64,000 nt of DNA from Candidatus Nanopelagicales bacterium (GTDB lineage Bacteria; Actinomycetota; Actinomycetes; S36-B12; UBA5976): NCBI GenBank assembly GCA_044343935.1, contig JBIJDU010000006.1, forward strand, positions 1,103 to 65,102. The letters are read 5' to 3'. Both the position numbers and the translations under genes were made by a program. Below, piece by piece: positions 28,794-38,783 of the stretch. Within the stretch, counting starts at the first letter, position 1. The number at the start of each line of letters is the position of its first letter. The notes beneath the pieces are model-generated. The model was not told the DNA's origin and searched no databases. It was given only the letters and a program-made list of their open reading frames with translations.

Positions 28794-29645
28794 ATGAATT
28801 GGGAGCTACCTGCTGGTTATCAGCATATTCATTCGGGCAAAGTGAGAGATATTTATTTAACGCCGAATCACACCTTGTTATTAGTGGCATCAGATCGAAT
28901 CAGTGCCTTTGATCATGTGCTGGCAAACACCGTGCCTAATAAAGGCAAAATATTAACTGCCATCTCATTGTTCTGGTTTAAAAATTTAAATGTGCCCAAT
29001 CATCTTATCTCAACTGATGTGCCAGCTGGCGTTACTGGCCGAGCGATTGAAGTTAAGAACTTAACCATGATTCCAATTGAATGTGTAGTGCGCAAATATT
29101 TAACTGGTTCAGCTTGGTTGGAATATCAAGCAACTGGCAGTGTTTGCGGAATTGCGTTGCCCGCAGGATTAGTTAATGGGGCGCAGTTGGCCGAGCCAAT
29201 TTTCACCCCCGCCACAAAGGCAGCAGTTGGTGAGCATGATGAAAATATTAGTTATGAAAAAGTAATTGAGATTGTTGGAAATAAATTAGCTCAGCAGTTA
29301 AGAGATACGTCAATTGAGATCTTTAACCAAGCAATAGAAATATTAAAACCAGCAGGCTTTACGCTCATTGATACCAAGTTTGAGTTTGGTGTTGATGCTG
29401 ATGGGGTTTTAATGCTGGCTGATGAAGCACTCACGCCAGATTCCAGCCGATATTGCAATACCGATGAGATGCAACCAAATAAACTAGCACCATCTTTTGA
29501 TAAGCAGTTAGTGCGCGATTGGTTGCTAGCTAATTGGGATAAAGATAGTGGCATTGCACCACCTAAAATTCCGAAAGAAGTTATTGAGTTAACTGCTGCA
29601 CGTTATCAAGAAGTGCTAGATCGGTTAACTGCTATCTCTTCTTAA
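28794..29645 (+). CDS. purC: SAICAR synthase
   Basis: HSGKVRDIY, SDRISAFD, IECVVR, DTKFEFG, LTPDSSR, DKQLVRDWL. Confidence 0.97.
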   Translation: MNWELPAGYQHIHSGKVRDIYLTPNHTLLLVASDRISAFDHVLANTVPNKGKILTAISLFWFKNLNVPNHLISTDVPAGVTGRAIEVKNLTMIPIECVVRKYLTGSAWLEYQATGSVCGIALPAGLVNGAQLAEPIFTPATKAAVGEHDENISYEKVIEIVGNKLAQQLRDTSIEIFNQAIEILKPAGFTLIDTKFEFGVDADGVLMLADEALTPDSSRYCNTDEMQPNKLAPSFDKQLVRDWLLANWDKDSGIAPPKIPKEVIELTAARYQEVLDRLTAISS

Positions 29646-30666
29646 ACCCAGCGGGACATTTAGGTTTTATTGCTGTTATTTTTCTAACTGTCTTCTTCTT
29701 AATGCAGGTAATTGTCTTTTTAACAGGCTCTATTTTTATCGGTTCAGTTTTAACTGGCTCAGGTTCAACCGTTGGTAGAGTGGCTAAATAATCCAGCGCA
29801 GTTTTAATTACGCCTTCAAAGTGCGCGGCTGCGTAATACTCGCCATGAGAGTTAGTTGACCAAAATGGATCTTGAAATAATCGATCACCATCTGGTGTGC
29901 TGGCATTAATCCCATTTGAGCAGCACATCGCACCTAAATAAACCCATTCATTGCCGCGCTGATACCAAAGCGGACTGCCCGAATCGCCACCGCCCATGTA
30001 GACATTCCTTGGCAGCACGGTTTGCAGCACCATGTTCGGATTTAATCGTTGCACTTCTGCTGAGGCGGCACCTTGAATCGCATTTTTTGTTCGCAGCGTG
30101 GCATTTGTCTTTGTTGGTTTTGGATCTGCTGGATTCCTATCAGTTGGACTCTTAGTGCCATAACCAATTGCCAACACTGGCGAGGCTGCCGTAATAAGTG
30201 AAGCCAGCTCGGGCAGTTTTACATAATCAAATGTTTTAGTCCCAATTGGGGTTTCCAGTATTAATACAGCAAAGTCATATAACGGACCATGACCATTATT
30301 TGGCTCGTAAGATGAATCCTTATATCGCTCATCTCGGAATTGGGCAATTACTCGCACTAACCTTTTATTTCCAACTGGAATTAACGCACCTGGTTCACTC
30401 ACCCAAATGGGTGCATTAGCCAGCGGACCGGAAACTGGTGCAGCACTACCAGTAGCTCGATACAAGCAATGTGCTGCAGTGAATACCACTCGAGGTGCAA
30501 TCAACGCGCCAGAACAACCACGTTGATAGGAGCGATCTTGAGCGATGATGCCAACAACTAATTCGCTACCAGTTGCATCTATCCCATTTCGCATAGCAGT
30601 TGCAGGCGAAAGAGAAGTAAATCCAAACAATATTGCAACTAAAATTGTTAGCAGTTTTGATTTCAT
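29632..30666 (-). CDS. secreted trypsin-like (S1) serine protease with basic Cx15C C-terminal tag
   Basis: triad motifs FTAAHC / YDFAVL / GGDSGSPL; signal peptide; tail KKTITCIKKKTVRKITAIKPKCPAGFKKR. Confidence 0.88.
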   Translation of the reverse strand: MKSKLLTILVAILFGFTSLSPATAMRNGIDATGSELVVGIIAQDRSYQRGCSGALIAPRVVFTAAHCLYRATGSAAPVSGPLANAPIWVSEPGALIPVGNKRLVRVIAQFRDERYKDSSYEPNNGHGPLYDFAVLILETPIGTKTFDYVKLPELASLITAASPVLAIGYGTKSPTDRNPADPKPTKTNATLRTKNAIQGAASAEVQRLNPNMVLQTVLPRNVYMGGGDSGSPLWYQRGNEWVYLGAMCCSNGINASTPDGDRLFQDPFWSTNSHGEYYAAAHFEGVIKTALDYLATLPTVEPEPVKTEPIKIEPVKKTITCIKKKTVRKITAIKPKCPAGFKKR

Positions 30667-31575
30667 CTAGCTCTGTCGCTTCCATATCATGCGCTGATAG
30701 GTGCGATTAATTTCAAATCCCAGCCGCTGATAAAACGGCACCACCCACTCATCAGCCCAGGTGAAATAGATTTTAGTCACCCCAGCACTATGCATTTGAT
30801 TTATTGCATTTTGCACTAACAATTTTCCCAGGCCATAACTGCGATATTGCTCGGCAACACCAACTGGACCAAACCAGCCACCATTCCAAACGGCAAAGCC
30901 AGCATAATCACCATTGACGCTGACTACTGCGAATTCTGCTGGATTTTGCTGCAATTTCGCGACCGCTACATCTGCCCAATCGCCAGGAAAAGCCTCACCT
31001 ACAAATTCATGAAGTCGCGCTGAGTCAACTTTAGTTTCAACCGCAACACCAGCTGCTAACTCAATTGGAATAGCACTATTGATCTCACGACTCATGCTGT
31101 TTGCGATGGCAAGCGGCTCAAATCCGTTCTTAAGAAAGAAGTTCAATGATTCCGAATAGTTATCTAAATCAACACCGGGAAAAGTTGCGGCAGGGGCGGA
31201 TCCAGTTCGGCCGCTTAACAGAATTTCGGCAGTATTCAACGCGGCTATTGCGCGGCTTAGCAATGCGGTACCAATGCCGCGATGTTGCAGATCTGGTTTA
31301 ACAGCAATTGCAGTTAAATAGCCTAGATCTGGCTCAAGACCAAGTCCGGGGGCTGGCAGATTACGCTGATAAGCAACGACAAATCCAACAATTCGGTCGG
31401 TTCGGGCAATAAAACTGGCATGGTTGAGTTTTGGGACACCGTTTACATTGCCAAAAAACAATGAATCAAAGCGTTCTATTGTCATTGGGTGCGCGGTCAG
31501 ACATGCATTCCACAGCGTCACCAATTCAGGAATATCAGTTGAACTTATCGGTGAAATCTCGACTTGGTCTGTCAT
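30667..31575 (-). CDS. tandem-domain GNAT N-acetyltransferase
   Basis: two acetyl-CoA motif-A segments: VKPDLQHRGIGTALL and VAEQYRSYGLGKLLV. Confidence 0.85.
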   Translation of the reverse strand: MTDQVEISPISSTDIPELVTLWNACLTAHPMTIERFDSLFFGNVNGVPKLNHASFIARTDRIVGFVVAYQRNLPAPGLGLEPDLGYLTAIAVKPDLQHRGIGTALLSRAIAALNTAEILLSGRTGSAPAATFPGVDLDNYSESLNFFLKNGFEPLAIANSMSREINSAIPIELAAGVAVETKVDSARLHEFVGEAFPGDWADVAVAKLQQNPAEFAVVSVNGDYAGFAVWNGGWFGPVGVAEQYRSYGLGKLLVQNAINQMHSAGVTKIYFTWADEWVVPFYQRLGFEINRTYQRMIWKRQS

Positions 31576-31594
31576 AGCAGGTATTCTATTTTAG

Positions 31595-32458
31595 ATGGCT
31601 GCGAATAATCAGATTAAGATTTTAGTAACCGGCTCTGCCGGGTTATTAGGCAGCGCGATTTGTGATTTATTAGCGGCAACGCAGGTGCCATTTCAAACCT
31701 TAGATCTAAATCCAAAGGCCCATCCAGGTGCGATTAATCACTTTATTGGACTGGCAACTGATCAACAGCTAGTACAACAAGCTATCAGCGGTGTTGATGC
31801 CGTAATTCATTTGGCTGCTATTAGAAACCCAAACTATGGCACCCCAGTTGCAGTATTTAGTAACGCGTTAGCAACTTTCACGGTGCTCGATGCGGCAGTA
31901 ACTGCGAATGTAAAGCGGGCTGTAATTGCTTCGAGTTTTTCTGCAACTGGATTGCCATTTGGTCAGCTGCCAATTGAGTTGCCTAATTTGCCAATTGATG
32001 AAAGTTTTACTAATCAGATTTCAGATCCATATGCGCTTTCAAAAAATATTGACGAGTTAACTGCGGCCTATCTCACAAAGCGCTTTGAGATGCGAATAGT
32101 TGCGCTCCGCTATCCATATATTGGTGATCACATCGAGCTATTACCAAAACGCTATACCCAAATTGCGGTAGATCCAAGTTTTGGGAAAAAGGAACTTTGG
32201 ACTTATATTGATACTAGAGATGCGGCATATGTTGCAGTTGATTCCATTTTAAATAACGACATTACTGCTGGCAGCTACTTTGTTGCTGCTAGCAATCTAC
32301 TTGGGCCACATAATGCACAAGACTTAGTGGCGCAGTTTTATCCAGAAACTAAACTAAATTCGTCTCATGGTAAGTTCGATTCATTCGTTAATTACAGCAA
32401 GGCAACTGCCGCACTTAATTTTAAACCGCAACATAATTTTCCAAATGAGTCAAAATGA
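31595..32458 (+). CDS. NAD-dependent extended SDR (epimerase/dehydratase or uronate-dehydrogenase-like)
   Basis: TGSAGLLG, HLAA, YALSK motifs. Confidence 0.85.
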   Translation: MAANNQIKILVTGSAGLLGSAICDLLAATQVPFQTLDLNPKAHPGAINHFIGLATDQQLVQQAISGVDAVIHLAAIRNPNYGTPVAVFSNALATFTVLDAAVTANVKRAVIASSFSATGLPFGQLPIELPNLPIDESFTNQISDPYALSKNIDELTAAYLTKRFEMRIVALRYPYIGDHIELLPKRYTQIAVDPSFGKKELWTYIDTRDAAYVAVDSILNNDITAGSYFVAASNLLGPHNAQDLVAQFYPETKLNSSHGKFDSFVNYSKATAALNFKPQHNFPNESK

Positions 32459-33303
32459 AAAAAGTTGAATTGTTTTATCAGATAGATGCCATCATTGGTG
32501 AAGGCGCATATTGGGACTGGCGTACCAGTGAATTACTAATGGTCGATATCACTGGCGGCCGAGTGATCAAGCTTTCACCAAGTGGAGACTTGATTAAGGA
32601 ATACCAGTTAGGAAATAAAGTTGGTGCCGTAATTGGAGTAGAAAATTCTCCCAATTATTTGCTAGTTGAACAGCGCGGACTGACCATGATGGCACCAAGT
32701 GGTGCAAGAACTGAATTGTTAATGCTGCTAGAAGCTAATGAACAAAAGCGATTTAACGATGCCAAAGCTGATCCAGCAGGTCGACTATGGGCTGGCGTGA
32801 TGGGAATGGATCAGCGCCCTGGCGTTGGCGCACTTTATTCTTATCAAGCAGGTGGCTTAATGCACCAGATGATTACTGACTTAACTGTGCCAAATGGACT
32901 GGACTGGACCCTTGATAACAAGACGATGTATTTCATTGATTCGCCAACTAGAACCGTTGGGGTGTATGACTTTAATTTAGAAACCGCTGAGATTTCAATA
33001 CGTAATAGTTTTACTATGCCAATCCCTGGCAATCCAGATGGCATGACTCTTGATGCCGAAGATAATCTATGGATTGCGCTTTGGGACGGCAGTGCCGTTA
33101 TTCAGTTATCGCCGGAAGGCAAGTTAATGCAGCAAATTGATCTGCCAGTTTCCCGCGTAACTACTTGTACTTTTGGTGGTAAAGATCTCACCACGCTGTA
33201 TATCACTTCAGCTAGTTTTGGTGTCGATGAGGATTTAGCTGGCAGTGTCTTTGTTTATGAGACAGATACCCAAGGTAAAAAAGCTAATTTATTTAAGGCT
33301 TAA
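32455..33303 (+). CDS. SMP-30/gluconolactonase family protein
   Basis: GEGAYWD, RFNDAKADPAGRLWAG, PNGLDW, PDGMTLDAEDNLW motifs. Confidence 0.93.
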   Translation: MKKVELFYQIDAIIGEGAYWDWRTSELLMVDITGGRVIKLSPSGDLIKEYQLGNKVGAVIGVENSPNYLLVEQRGLTMMAPSGARTELLMLLEANEQKRFNDAKADPAGRLWAGVMGMDQRPGVGALYSYQAGGLMHQMITDLTVPNGLDWTLDNKTMYFIDSPTRTVGVYDFNLETAEISIRNSFTMPIPGNPDGMTLDAEDNLWIALWDGSAVIQLSPEGKLMQQIDLPVSRVTTCTFGGKDLTTLYITSASFGVDEDLAGSVFVYETDTQGKKANLFKA

Positions 33304-34531
33304 TTATTGAGCCATCAGGCCGTCTAATTTCCGGCCAGGCCCCATTTAGGGGATGCTCTGGTAGGGGATATTTCTTAGCTGCAGCTAAATCAATATCAAC
33401 CCCAAAACCAGGTTTATTGGAAACTTTCAGCACACCGTTTTCCGGTACTGGTGCACCAGGAAAAACTTCTAACACCTCATCGTTTGGCAGATAGATTTCT
33501 TGTATGCCGAAGTTAGTTGCGGCAATTCCTAAATGCAGATGAGCTGCATGGCCAATAGGTGAAACATCACCTGGCCCGTGCCATGCCGTTTTCACACCAT
33601 AAACCTCAGCAAAGTGCGTTAACTTAATTGCTGGCGTAATACCACCAATTTGCGTGATGTGGCAGCGGATGTAATCGAGTTGGCGATTTTGGATCAATGG
33701 GAAATATTCGCTGGGATGGGTAAACAATTCACCTATCGCAATTGGAATAGCAGATTGACTTCGAAGCTGGGCTAAATATCCAGTGTCATCGGGTGAAACG
33801 GGATCTTCCAAATAAAACAAGTTATATGGTTCCAGTTGTTTTGCTAAGTTAATTGCGGCATTTGGCGAGACTCGCTCATGCACATCATGAATGTAGTTGT
33901 ACTCTGCTGGCAAATTTTCGCGCAGATATTTAAACAATTTTGGCACTGCTCTTAAGTAAGCTGCTTCATCCCAGCGCACAGTTTGGTTGCTTAATCGATA
34001 ACTTTGGGATGGTTGTGCGCCAAATTTAGTTTCTTCAGGTTTTCCGCTGCCGTAGCTGGCATTATTTGCTAGCGCTACTTGCACTCGAAAATTTCGAAAA
34101 CCTGAACCAGCGAGTTTTTTAATGTTCTGGGCAATCTCAGCTTCATCACTACCGTTGACATGAACATAAGTTGCTAACTCATCTCGAACTTTGCCACCGA
34201 ATAATTGATAGGCAGGCAGCTTGGCAACTTTGCCTTTGATATCCCAGAGTGCTTGATCAACTCCAGCTAGGGCATTGTTCATCACTGCGCCACCGCGCCA
34301 ATAGCCAGATAAATACAGCGCTTGATGAATATCGGAGATATCGGCCGGATCTCGACCAATCAGCATTGGCTTTAGGTATTGCTCAATTTCAGTCACCACA
34401 GTTAAGGGCCGTTGGGTGAAGGTGGCACAACCCAAGCCATACAGGCCGTCGGTATCCGTGAGGACCTTTACTACCACCAGCCGAATTCCAGCTGGGGCAG
34501 TCACAATTGCCTGGATGTCAGAAATTTTCAT
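33293..34531 (-). CDS. enolase-superfamily sugar-acid dehydratase (ManD/RspA-like)
   Basis: GLGCATFTQR, YWRGGAVMNNALAGVDQALWDIKGK, HDVHER, EDP, GEL, HGPGDVSPIG. Confidence 0.88.
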   Translation of the reverse strand: MKISDIQAIVTAPAGIRLVVVKVLTDTDGLYGLGCATFTQRPLTVVTEIEQYLKPMLIGRDPADISDIHQALYLSGYWRGGAVMNNALAGVDQALWDIKGKVAKLPAYQLFGGKVRDELATYVHVNGSDEAEIAQNIKKLAGSGFRNFRVQVALANNASYGSGKPEETKFGAQPSQSYRLSNQTVRWDEAAYLRAVPKLFKYLRENLPAEYNYIHDVHERVSPNAAINLAKQLEPYNLFYLEDPVSPDDTGYLAQLRSQSAIPIAIGELFTHPSEYFPLIQNRQLDYIRCHITQIGGITPAIKLTHFAEVYGVKTAWHGPGDVSPIGHAAHLHLGIAATNFGIQEIYLPNDEVLEVFPGAPVPENGVLKVSNKPGFGVDIDLAAAKKYPLPEHPLNGAWPEIRRPDGSIIKP

Positions 34532-34595
34532 CAGGTGCTAAAAATACTGCAAAAATCTCTTGCAATCTAGGGGCCAGGGTGCGAAACTTCCTTTC

Positions 34596-35510
34596 ATGAC
34601 CTTGGTGGATCTAACCCAGCTCGTGACCGAGCAGGCTGGTACGAAATACCAAAACCTGCACTCCATGTCGGTGGCGGAGTTGGCTCATGCAATGAATGAG
34701 AACGATCAAGGTGTTGCTGATTCGGTAAATCGAGAGATGAAAACCATTGTCTCGGCCATTGAGCAGATTGTTCCGCGGATGAAAATGGGTGGCCGCCTGA
34801 TTTATGTTGGCGCTGGCACCTCGGGTCGACTTGGCGTTTTGGATGCTTCCGAATGCCCACCAACATTTAATGCCAAACCAGATCAGGTAATTGGAATTAT
34901 TGCCGGCGGCGATACGGCACTTCGCAAGTCAATTGAAGGTGCTGAAGATGACGCTGAGTTAGCAGTAGCAGAGTTAGCTAAATTGGATTTATCAGCGGCT
35001 GACACGGTGGTTGGTATTGCTGCCAGCGGTCGCACCCCTTATGCCATTGCTGCGATGGATTACGCCCGCAGTCGCGGCGCGCTAGCGATTGGTCTTGCCT
35101 GCAACAAGGGCACTGAGTTAGGTCGAAGAGCTGATATTGGTATTGAAATTGATTGTGGACCAGAGTTATTAGCCGGTTCTACTCGAATGAAATCAGGCAC
35201 CGCAACCAAGATGGTGCTCAACATGATTTCAACTATTGCCATGGTGCGATTGGGTAAGGTTTATAAAAACTTTATGGTTGATGTGCAGAACTCAAATATC
35301 AAATTGCAAACTCGCAGTGTAAATATGATTTGCACAATTTTGCATGTTGATGCTGAGACTGCGCTAATGGCACTTAATAATGCAAAAGGCAGTGTGCGAA
35401 AAGCATTAGTAATGTTAGCAAATAATGTTTCACTAGAGCGTGCCGAAGAAATGCTTTCTACTACTTCCAACGATCTCACTTACTTACTGAACGGTCATCA
35501 AAATGGCTGA
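34596..35510 (+). CDS. murQ: N-acetylmuramic acid 6-phosphate etherase
   Basis: GAGTSGRLGVLDASECPPTF, IAASGRTPY, GPELLAGSTRMKSGTATKMVLNM; start moved to ATG 34596. Confidence 0.95.
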   Translation: MTLVDLTQLVTEQAGTKYQNLHSMSVAELAHAMNENDQGVADSVNREMKTIVSAIEQIVPRMKMGGRLIYVGAGTSGRLGVLDASECPPTFNAKPDQVIGIIAGGDTALRKSIEGAEDDAELAVAELAKLDLSAADTVVGIAASGRTPYAIAAMDYARSRGALAIGLACNKGTELGRRADIGIEIDCGPELLAGSTRMKSGTATKMVLNMISTIAMVRLGKVYKNFMVDVQNSNIKLQTRSVNMICTILHVDAETALMALNNAKGSVRKALVMLANNVSLERAEEMLSTTSNDLTYLLNGHQNG

Positions 35511-36456
35511 AATTGGAAAAGTAGTTGCAATGCCAAATTTGGATCCAATTGTTTCGATTCGATCTAGCTATAAAGGTTTCTCTCCTCCAGAGCAGCGCTG
35601 TGCTGATTTGATTCTGCATTCCGCTCAAGCGGTAACGCAGATGTCAATTACTGACTTTGCAATTAAAGCCGACACCTCAGAAGCTACCGTGGTTAGATTT
35701 TGCAAGAAGATTGGCTTTGCTGGGTATCCAAAACTGCGAATTGCACTTGCTACCAATGTTGGTTTTCGCGCTGGCATCACAATTAATGATGAGAATGAGA
35801 TCGAGCTGGGTATCTCACCTGAAGATTCCACCAGTGAAATCATTAGCAAGGTGGGTTCATCAGCAAGCATGACTATTGCGATGACCTCACAGTTAATCGA
35901 TTCTGGGGTTTTAGATTCGTTAACTGAGGCACTTTATGAAGCCAGGACCACAGGCGCATTTGGTGCTGGTGCAAGTTCCCTAGTTGCGGCAGATATCAGT
36001 TATAAATTTAATCGATTGGGCCATGGCTGTGTGCATTGGTCAGACCACCACGCGGCTCTTACTTCGATATCTACCCTGAGTAAAGGCGATGTTTTGTTTC
36101 TCGTTTCTCATTCAGGTAATACACCAGAAACTATTGCGGTGGCAACAGAGTTTAAGAATCGTGGTGTATCAATTGCGGTGATAACTAATTCACCAAGGAG
36201 TGGATTGGCACAACTTGCAGACTTTTTGTTTTTGACGCAAGCGGAACGGAATGTGGTTCGCGTTGGTGCCACAGTCAGCCGCATTGCACAACTGCTGATT
36301 GTGGACTGTATTGCAATCGCAGCCGCCAGGCGCTCATGGGAGATCTCCCGTGCTGCGCTCACCGATGCCTCGGCCGCAATTGAGAGGCAAATTAACTATA
36401 AGGATTGGCTCTATGAAGGGTCAATTGCTTCCGCCACTGATTCATTGGGAGGTTGA
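35503..36456 (+). CDS. MurR/RpiR family transcriptional regulator
   Basis: N-terminal HTH SEATVVRFCKKIGFAGY plus SIS domain (FGAGASS, SHSGNT). Confidence 0.92.
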   Translation: MAEIGKVVAMPNLDPIVSIRSSYKGFSPPEQRCADLILHSAQAVTQMSITDFAIKADTSEATVVRFCKKIGFAGYPKLRIALATNVGFRAGITINDENEIELGISPEDSTSEIISKVGSSASMTIAMTSQLIDSGVLDSLTEALYEARTTGAFGAGASSLVAADISYKFNRLGHGCVHWSDHHAALTSISTLSKGDVLFLVSHSGNTPETIAVATEFKNRGVSIAVITNSPRSGLAQLADFLFLTQAERNVVRVGATVSRIAQLLIVDCIAIAAARRSWEISRAALTDASAAIERQINYKDWLYEGSIASATDSLGG

Positions 36457-36500
36457 AACCAATGAAATCTGGAAGCAGTATCGAAACAAGGGAGAATGCC

Positions 36501-37784
36501 ATGCGGAAACCCGCACTAACTGGCTACAAGAGATTTCTAGCTCTTGTAGTCGCAGCTGTAATTGGTATTACTGGTGCCATCATTGCCCCAGCGAACGCCA
36601 AGACAGTAAAACTTACATTCTGGAGCTGGCGCGTAGAAGACAAAGCCTTCTATGAGCAGGTCATCTCCGATTTCCGTGCTGCTAATCCAGCACACCGCAA
36701 CATTGAAATTACCTTCCAGGCTTATCCAAATGCTGAGTATGCAACCATCTTGTCTTCAGCAATGGCTGCTGGTAAAGGTCCTGACATTGTTCACGCCCGT
36801 GCTTATGGTGCACTTGATCAGCTAATCGTTCCTGGCTATCTAAGCGTCATTCGGCCAAACGAAGTAAAGGGTTTGAACTCTTACAGCAAGTCAATAGTTG
36901 ACTCAATGCGTGGCTTCACTGATAAGAGACTGTTCGGTGTGCCATTTGCAACGCAGAACCTAGGTATTTTTGCGAACAAGGATCTACTACGCCGAGCTGG
37001 CATCACTCGTGATCCACGAACCTATGGCGAATTCCTAGACAATCTAGAGAAACTAAAGAAGGCTGGTATTCAGCCACTTGCCAACGGTGGATCAACTCAC
37101 ATGGAACAAATGTGGGGAGTAATTGCACCAACATTTTATGGCGGCACCGAGTACTTTGATGCGGTTGTAAAGGGCACTAAGAAATTTACTGATCCGGCAT
37201 TTGTTCGTTCCTTGAGCGAAATGGAAAAGTTGTTCCCATATATGCCTACCAATGCAACTGCAGTTTCATATGACTCATCACGTCAGTTGTTCTTCTCTGG
37301 CCGTGCTGCTTACTTCATGGGCGGTATTTTCGAACTAGGATTCTTCAAGACCAACAACGCGGCCTTGAATGTTGATTTCTTCGGAATGCCACCACTAACT
37401 GCTGGCGGAAAGACCTATGTCTCTTCATGGGCTGATGGCGGTTTCGCAGTTAATGCCAAGACACCTCACCGAAAAGAAGCAATGTTGTTCATTAATTACG
37501 TTGCATCCAAGAAGTTTGGCCAGGCATTTTCTGACACTGTTAAGCAGTTCTCAACTGTTCCAGGTGTAACTATTTTGGATCAGACCCTTTGGAAGGCACA
37601 GCGTGCAACTCGTGCTGGTGGTACGCCATACATCATGTTGGTTGGATTCCGTTATAAGAATCCAACTGGTTCAGCGATTCTGCAAACCGGTTTGCCAAAC
37701 ATGCTAAATGGTTCCAAGACCGCAGCTCAGGTTGCTAATGACGTGCAACAGGGCATCGCTTCTTGGTACGAACCACAGAAGTAA
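36501..37784 (+). CDS. carbohydrate ABC transporter substrate-binding protein
   Basis: KLTFWSW, GKGPDIV, GVPF, GRAAYFMGG (SBP_bac_1-like); start at ATG after AGGGAG; no lipobox Cys. Confidence 0.9.
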   Translation: MRKPALTGYKRFLALVVAAVIGITGAIIAPANAKTVKLTFWSWRVEDKAFYEQVISDFRAANPAHRNIEITFQAYPNAEYATILSSAMAAGKGPDIVHARAYGALDQLIVPGYLSVIRPNEVKGLNSYSKSIVDSMRGFTDKRLFGVPFATQNLGIFANKDLLRRAGITRDPRTYGEFLDNLEKLKKAGIQPLANGGSTHMEQMWGVIAPTFYGGTEYFDAVVKGTKKFTDPAFVRSLSEMEKLFPYMPTNATAVSYDSSRQLFFSGRAAYFMGGIFELGFFKTNNAALNVDFFGMPPLTAGGKTYVSSWADGGFAVNAKTPHRKEAMLFINYVASKKFGQAFSDTVKQFSTVPGVTILDQTLWKAQRATRAGGTPYIMLVGFRYKNPTGSAILQTGLPNMLNGSKTAAQVANDVQQGIASWYEPQK

Positions 37785-37802
37785 TTCCCTTATAACGAGC
37801 CA

Positions 37803-38783
37803 ATGATCCTGGCTGGAGGTAATACCTCCAGCCAGGATTTGGCGGACAGGAAATTTGTGAAACAAAAACAAGCACCAATCACCAAATACCAACGGCCTTG
37901 GGTATTTGCGTTTTTGATGCCAGCCATGGTGCTAACCGTTATTTTCACCACGCTGCCGGCAGTGACGTTACTTAGCTACAGCATGTTTGAATGGGAGAGC
38001 TTCAAGCGAATTGGATTTGCGGGATTTGATAACTTTGTTCGACTAAATGGATTCCCATGGCGTGAGCAATTTATCGATGCTTTCTTTAATAACGTATTGG
38101 TGTTTGTTGCTTTGATTATTTTACAAACAGGACTGGGCCTATTCTTGGCGTTAGCAATCTATCGATTAAGGCGCGGTAGACGGTTCTTCCAAGCGGTTAT
38201 CTTTTTACCAGTAATCCTGTCGTTGGTAATTGTTGGTTTCATGTGGAAGCTGTTTCTAGATCCGCTGTTTGGTCCGGTTAACGTATTTTTGATGGAAAAC
38301 GATTTAATGGGATTGGCCAAACCATGGTTAGGTGATCCTAATTTGGCCTTACCAGTATTGATTTTGATTGGACTATGGCGCTGGGTAGGTTTCCCAGCGA
38401 TTGTGTTCTTAGCTGGAATGAACTCGGTAAATGACGAATATCTTGAAGCTGCCCGAATCGATGGTGCAACTGAATTTCAGGTGTTCCGAAAGATTATGTT
38501 CCCGCTGCTGGCGCCTTCATTTACCATCATTGCGGTGCTCACATTTATCGGTGCGTTTGAATGGTTTGAGTTGCCGTACATTGTTGGTGGTGTCACCGGT
38601 CAACCAGGTGGTTCAACGACCACGATGGCGTTGTTGTTCTACCGATTGGCATTTGGCACAGTTGACTCTGGCACAGTAGATGTTGGTTTGAGTAGCGCAA
38701 TTGGCGTGATTCTGTTTATTTTTGTTGGAATTGGTGCAGCCATTGGTTCGTACTACTTACGTAAGCGGGAGGTGCAACAATAA
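37803..38783 (+). CDS. carbohydrate ABC transporter permease
   Basis: EAARIDGA EAA motif, GFDNF, multiple TM segments; real start probably downstream of the hairpin. Confidence 0.92.
   Translation: MILAGGNTSSQDLADRKFVKQKQAPITKYQRPWVFAFLMPAMVLTVIFTTLPAVTLLSYSMFEWESFKRIGFAGFDNFVRLNGFPWREQFIDAFFNNVLVFVALIILQTGLGLFLALAIYRLRRGRRFFQAVIFLPVILSLVIVGFMWKLFLDPLFGPVNVFLMENDLMGLAKPWLGDPNLALPVLILIGLWRWVGFPAIVFLAGMNSVNDEYLEAARIDGATEFQVFRKIMFPLLAPSFTIIAVLTFIGAFEWFELPYIVGGVTGQPGGSTTTMALLFYRLAFGTVDSGTVDVGLSSAIGVILFIFVGIGAAIGSYYLRKREVQQ
37806..37838 (+). promoter_or_regulatory. perfect 15-bp stem-loop after the binding-protein gene (mRNA stabiliser/partial terminator)
   Basis: atcctggctggaggt-aat-acctccagccaggat. 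Confidence 0.65.
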
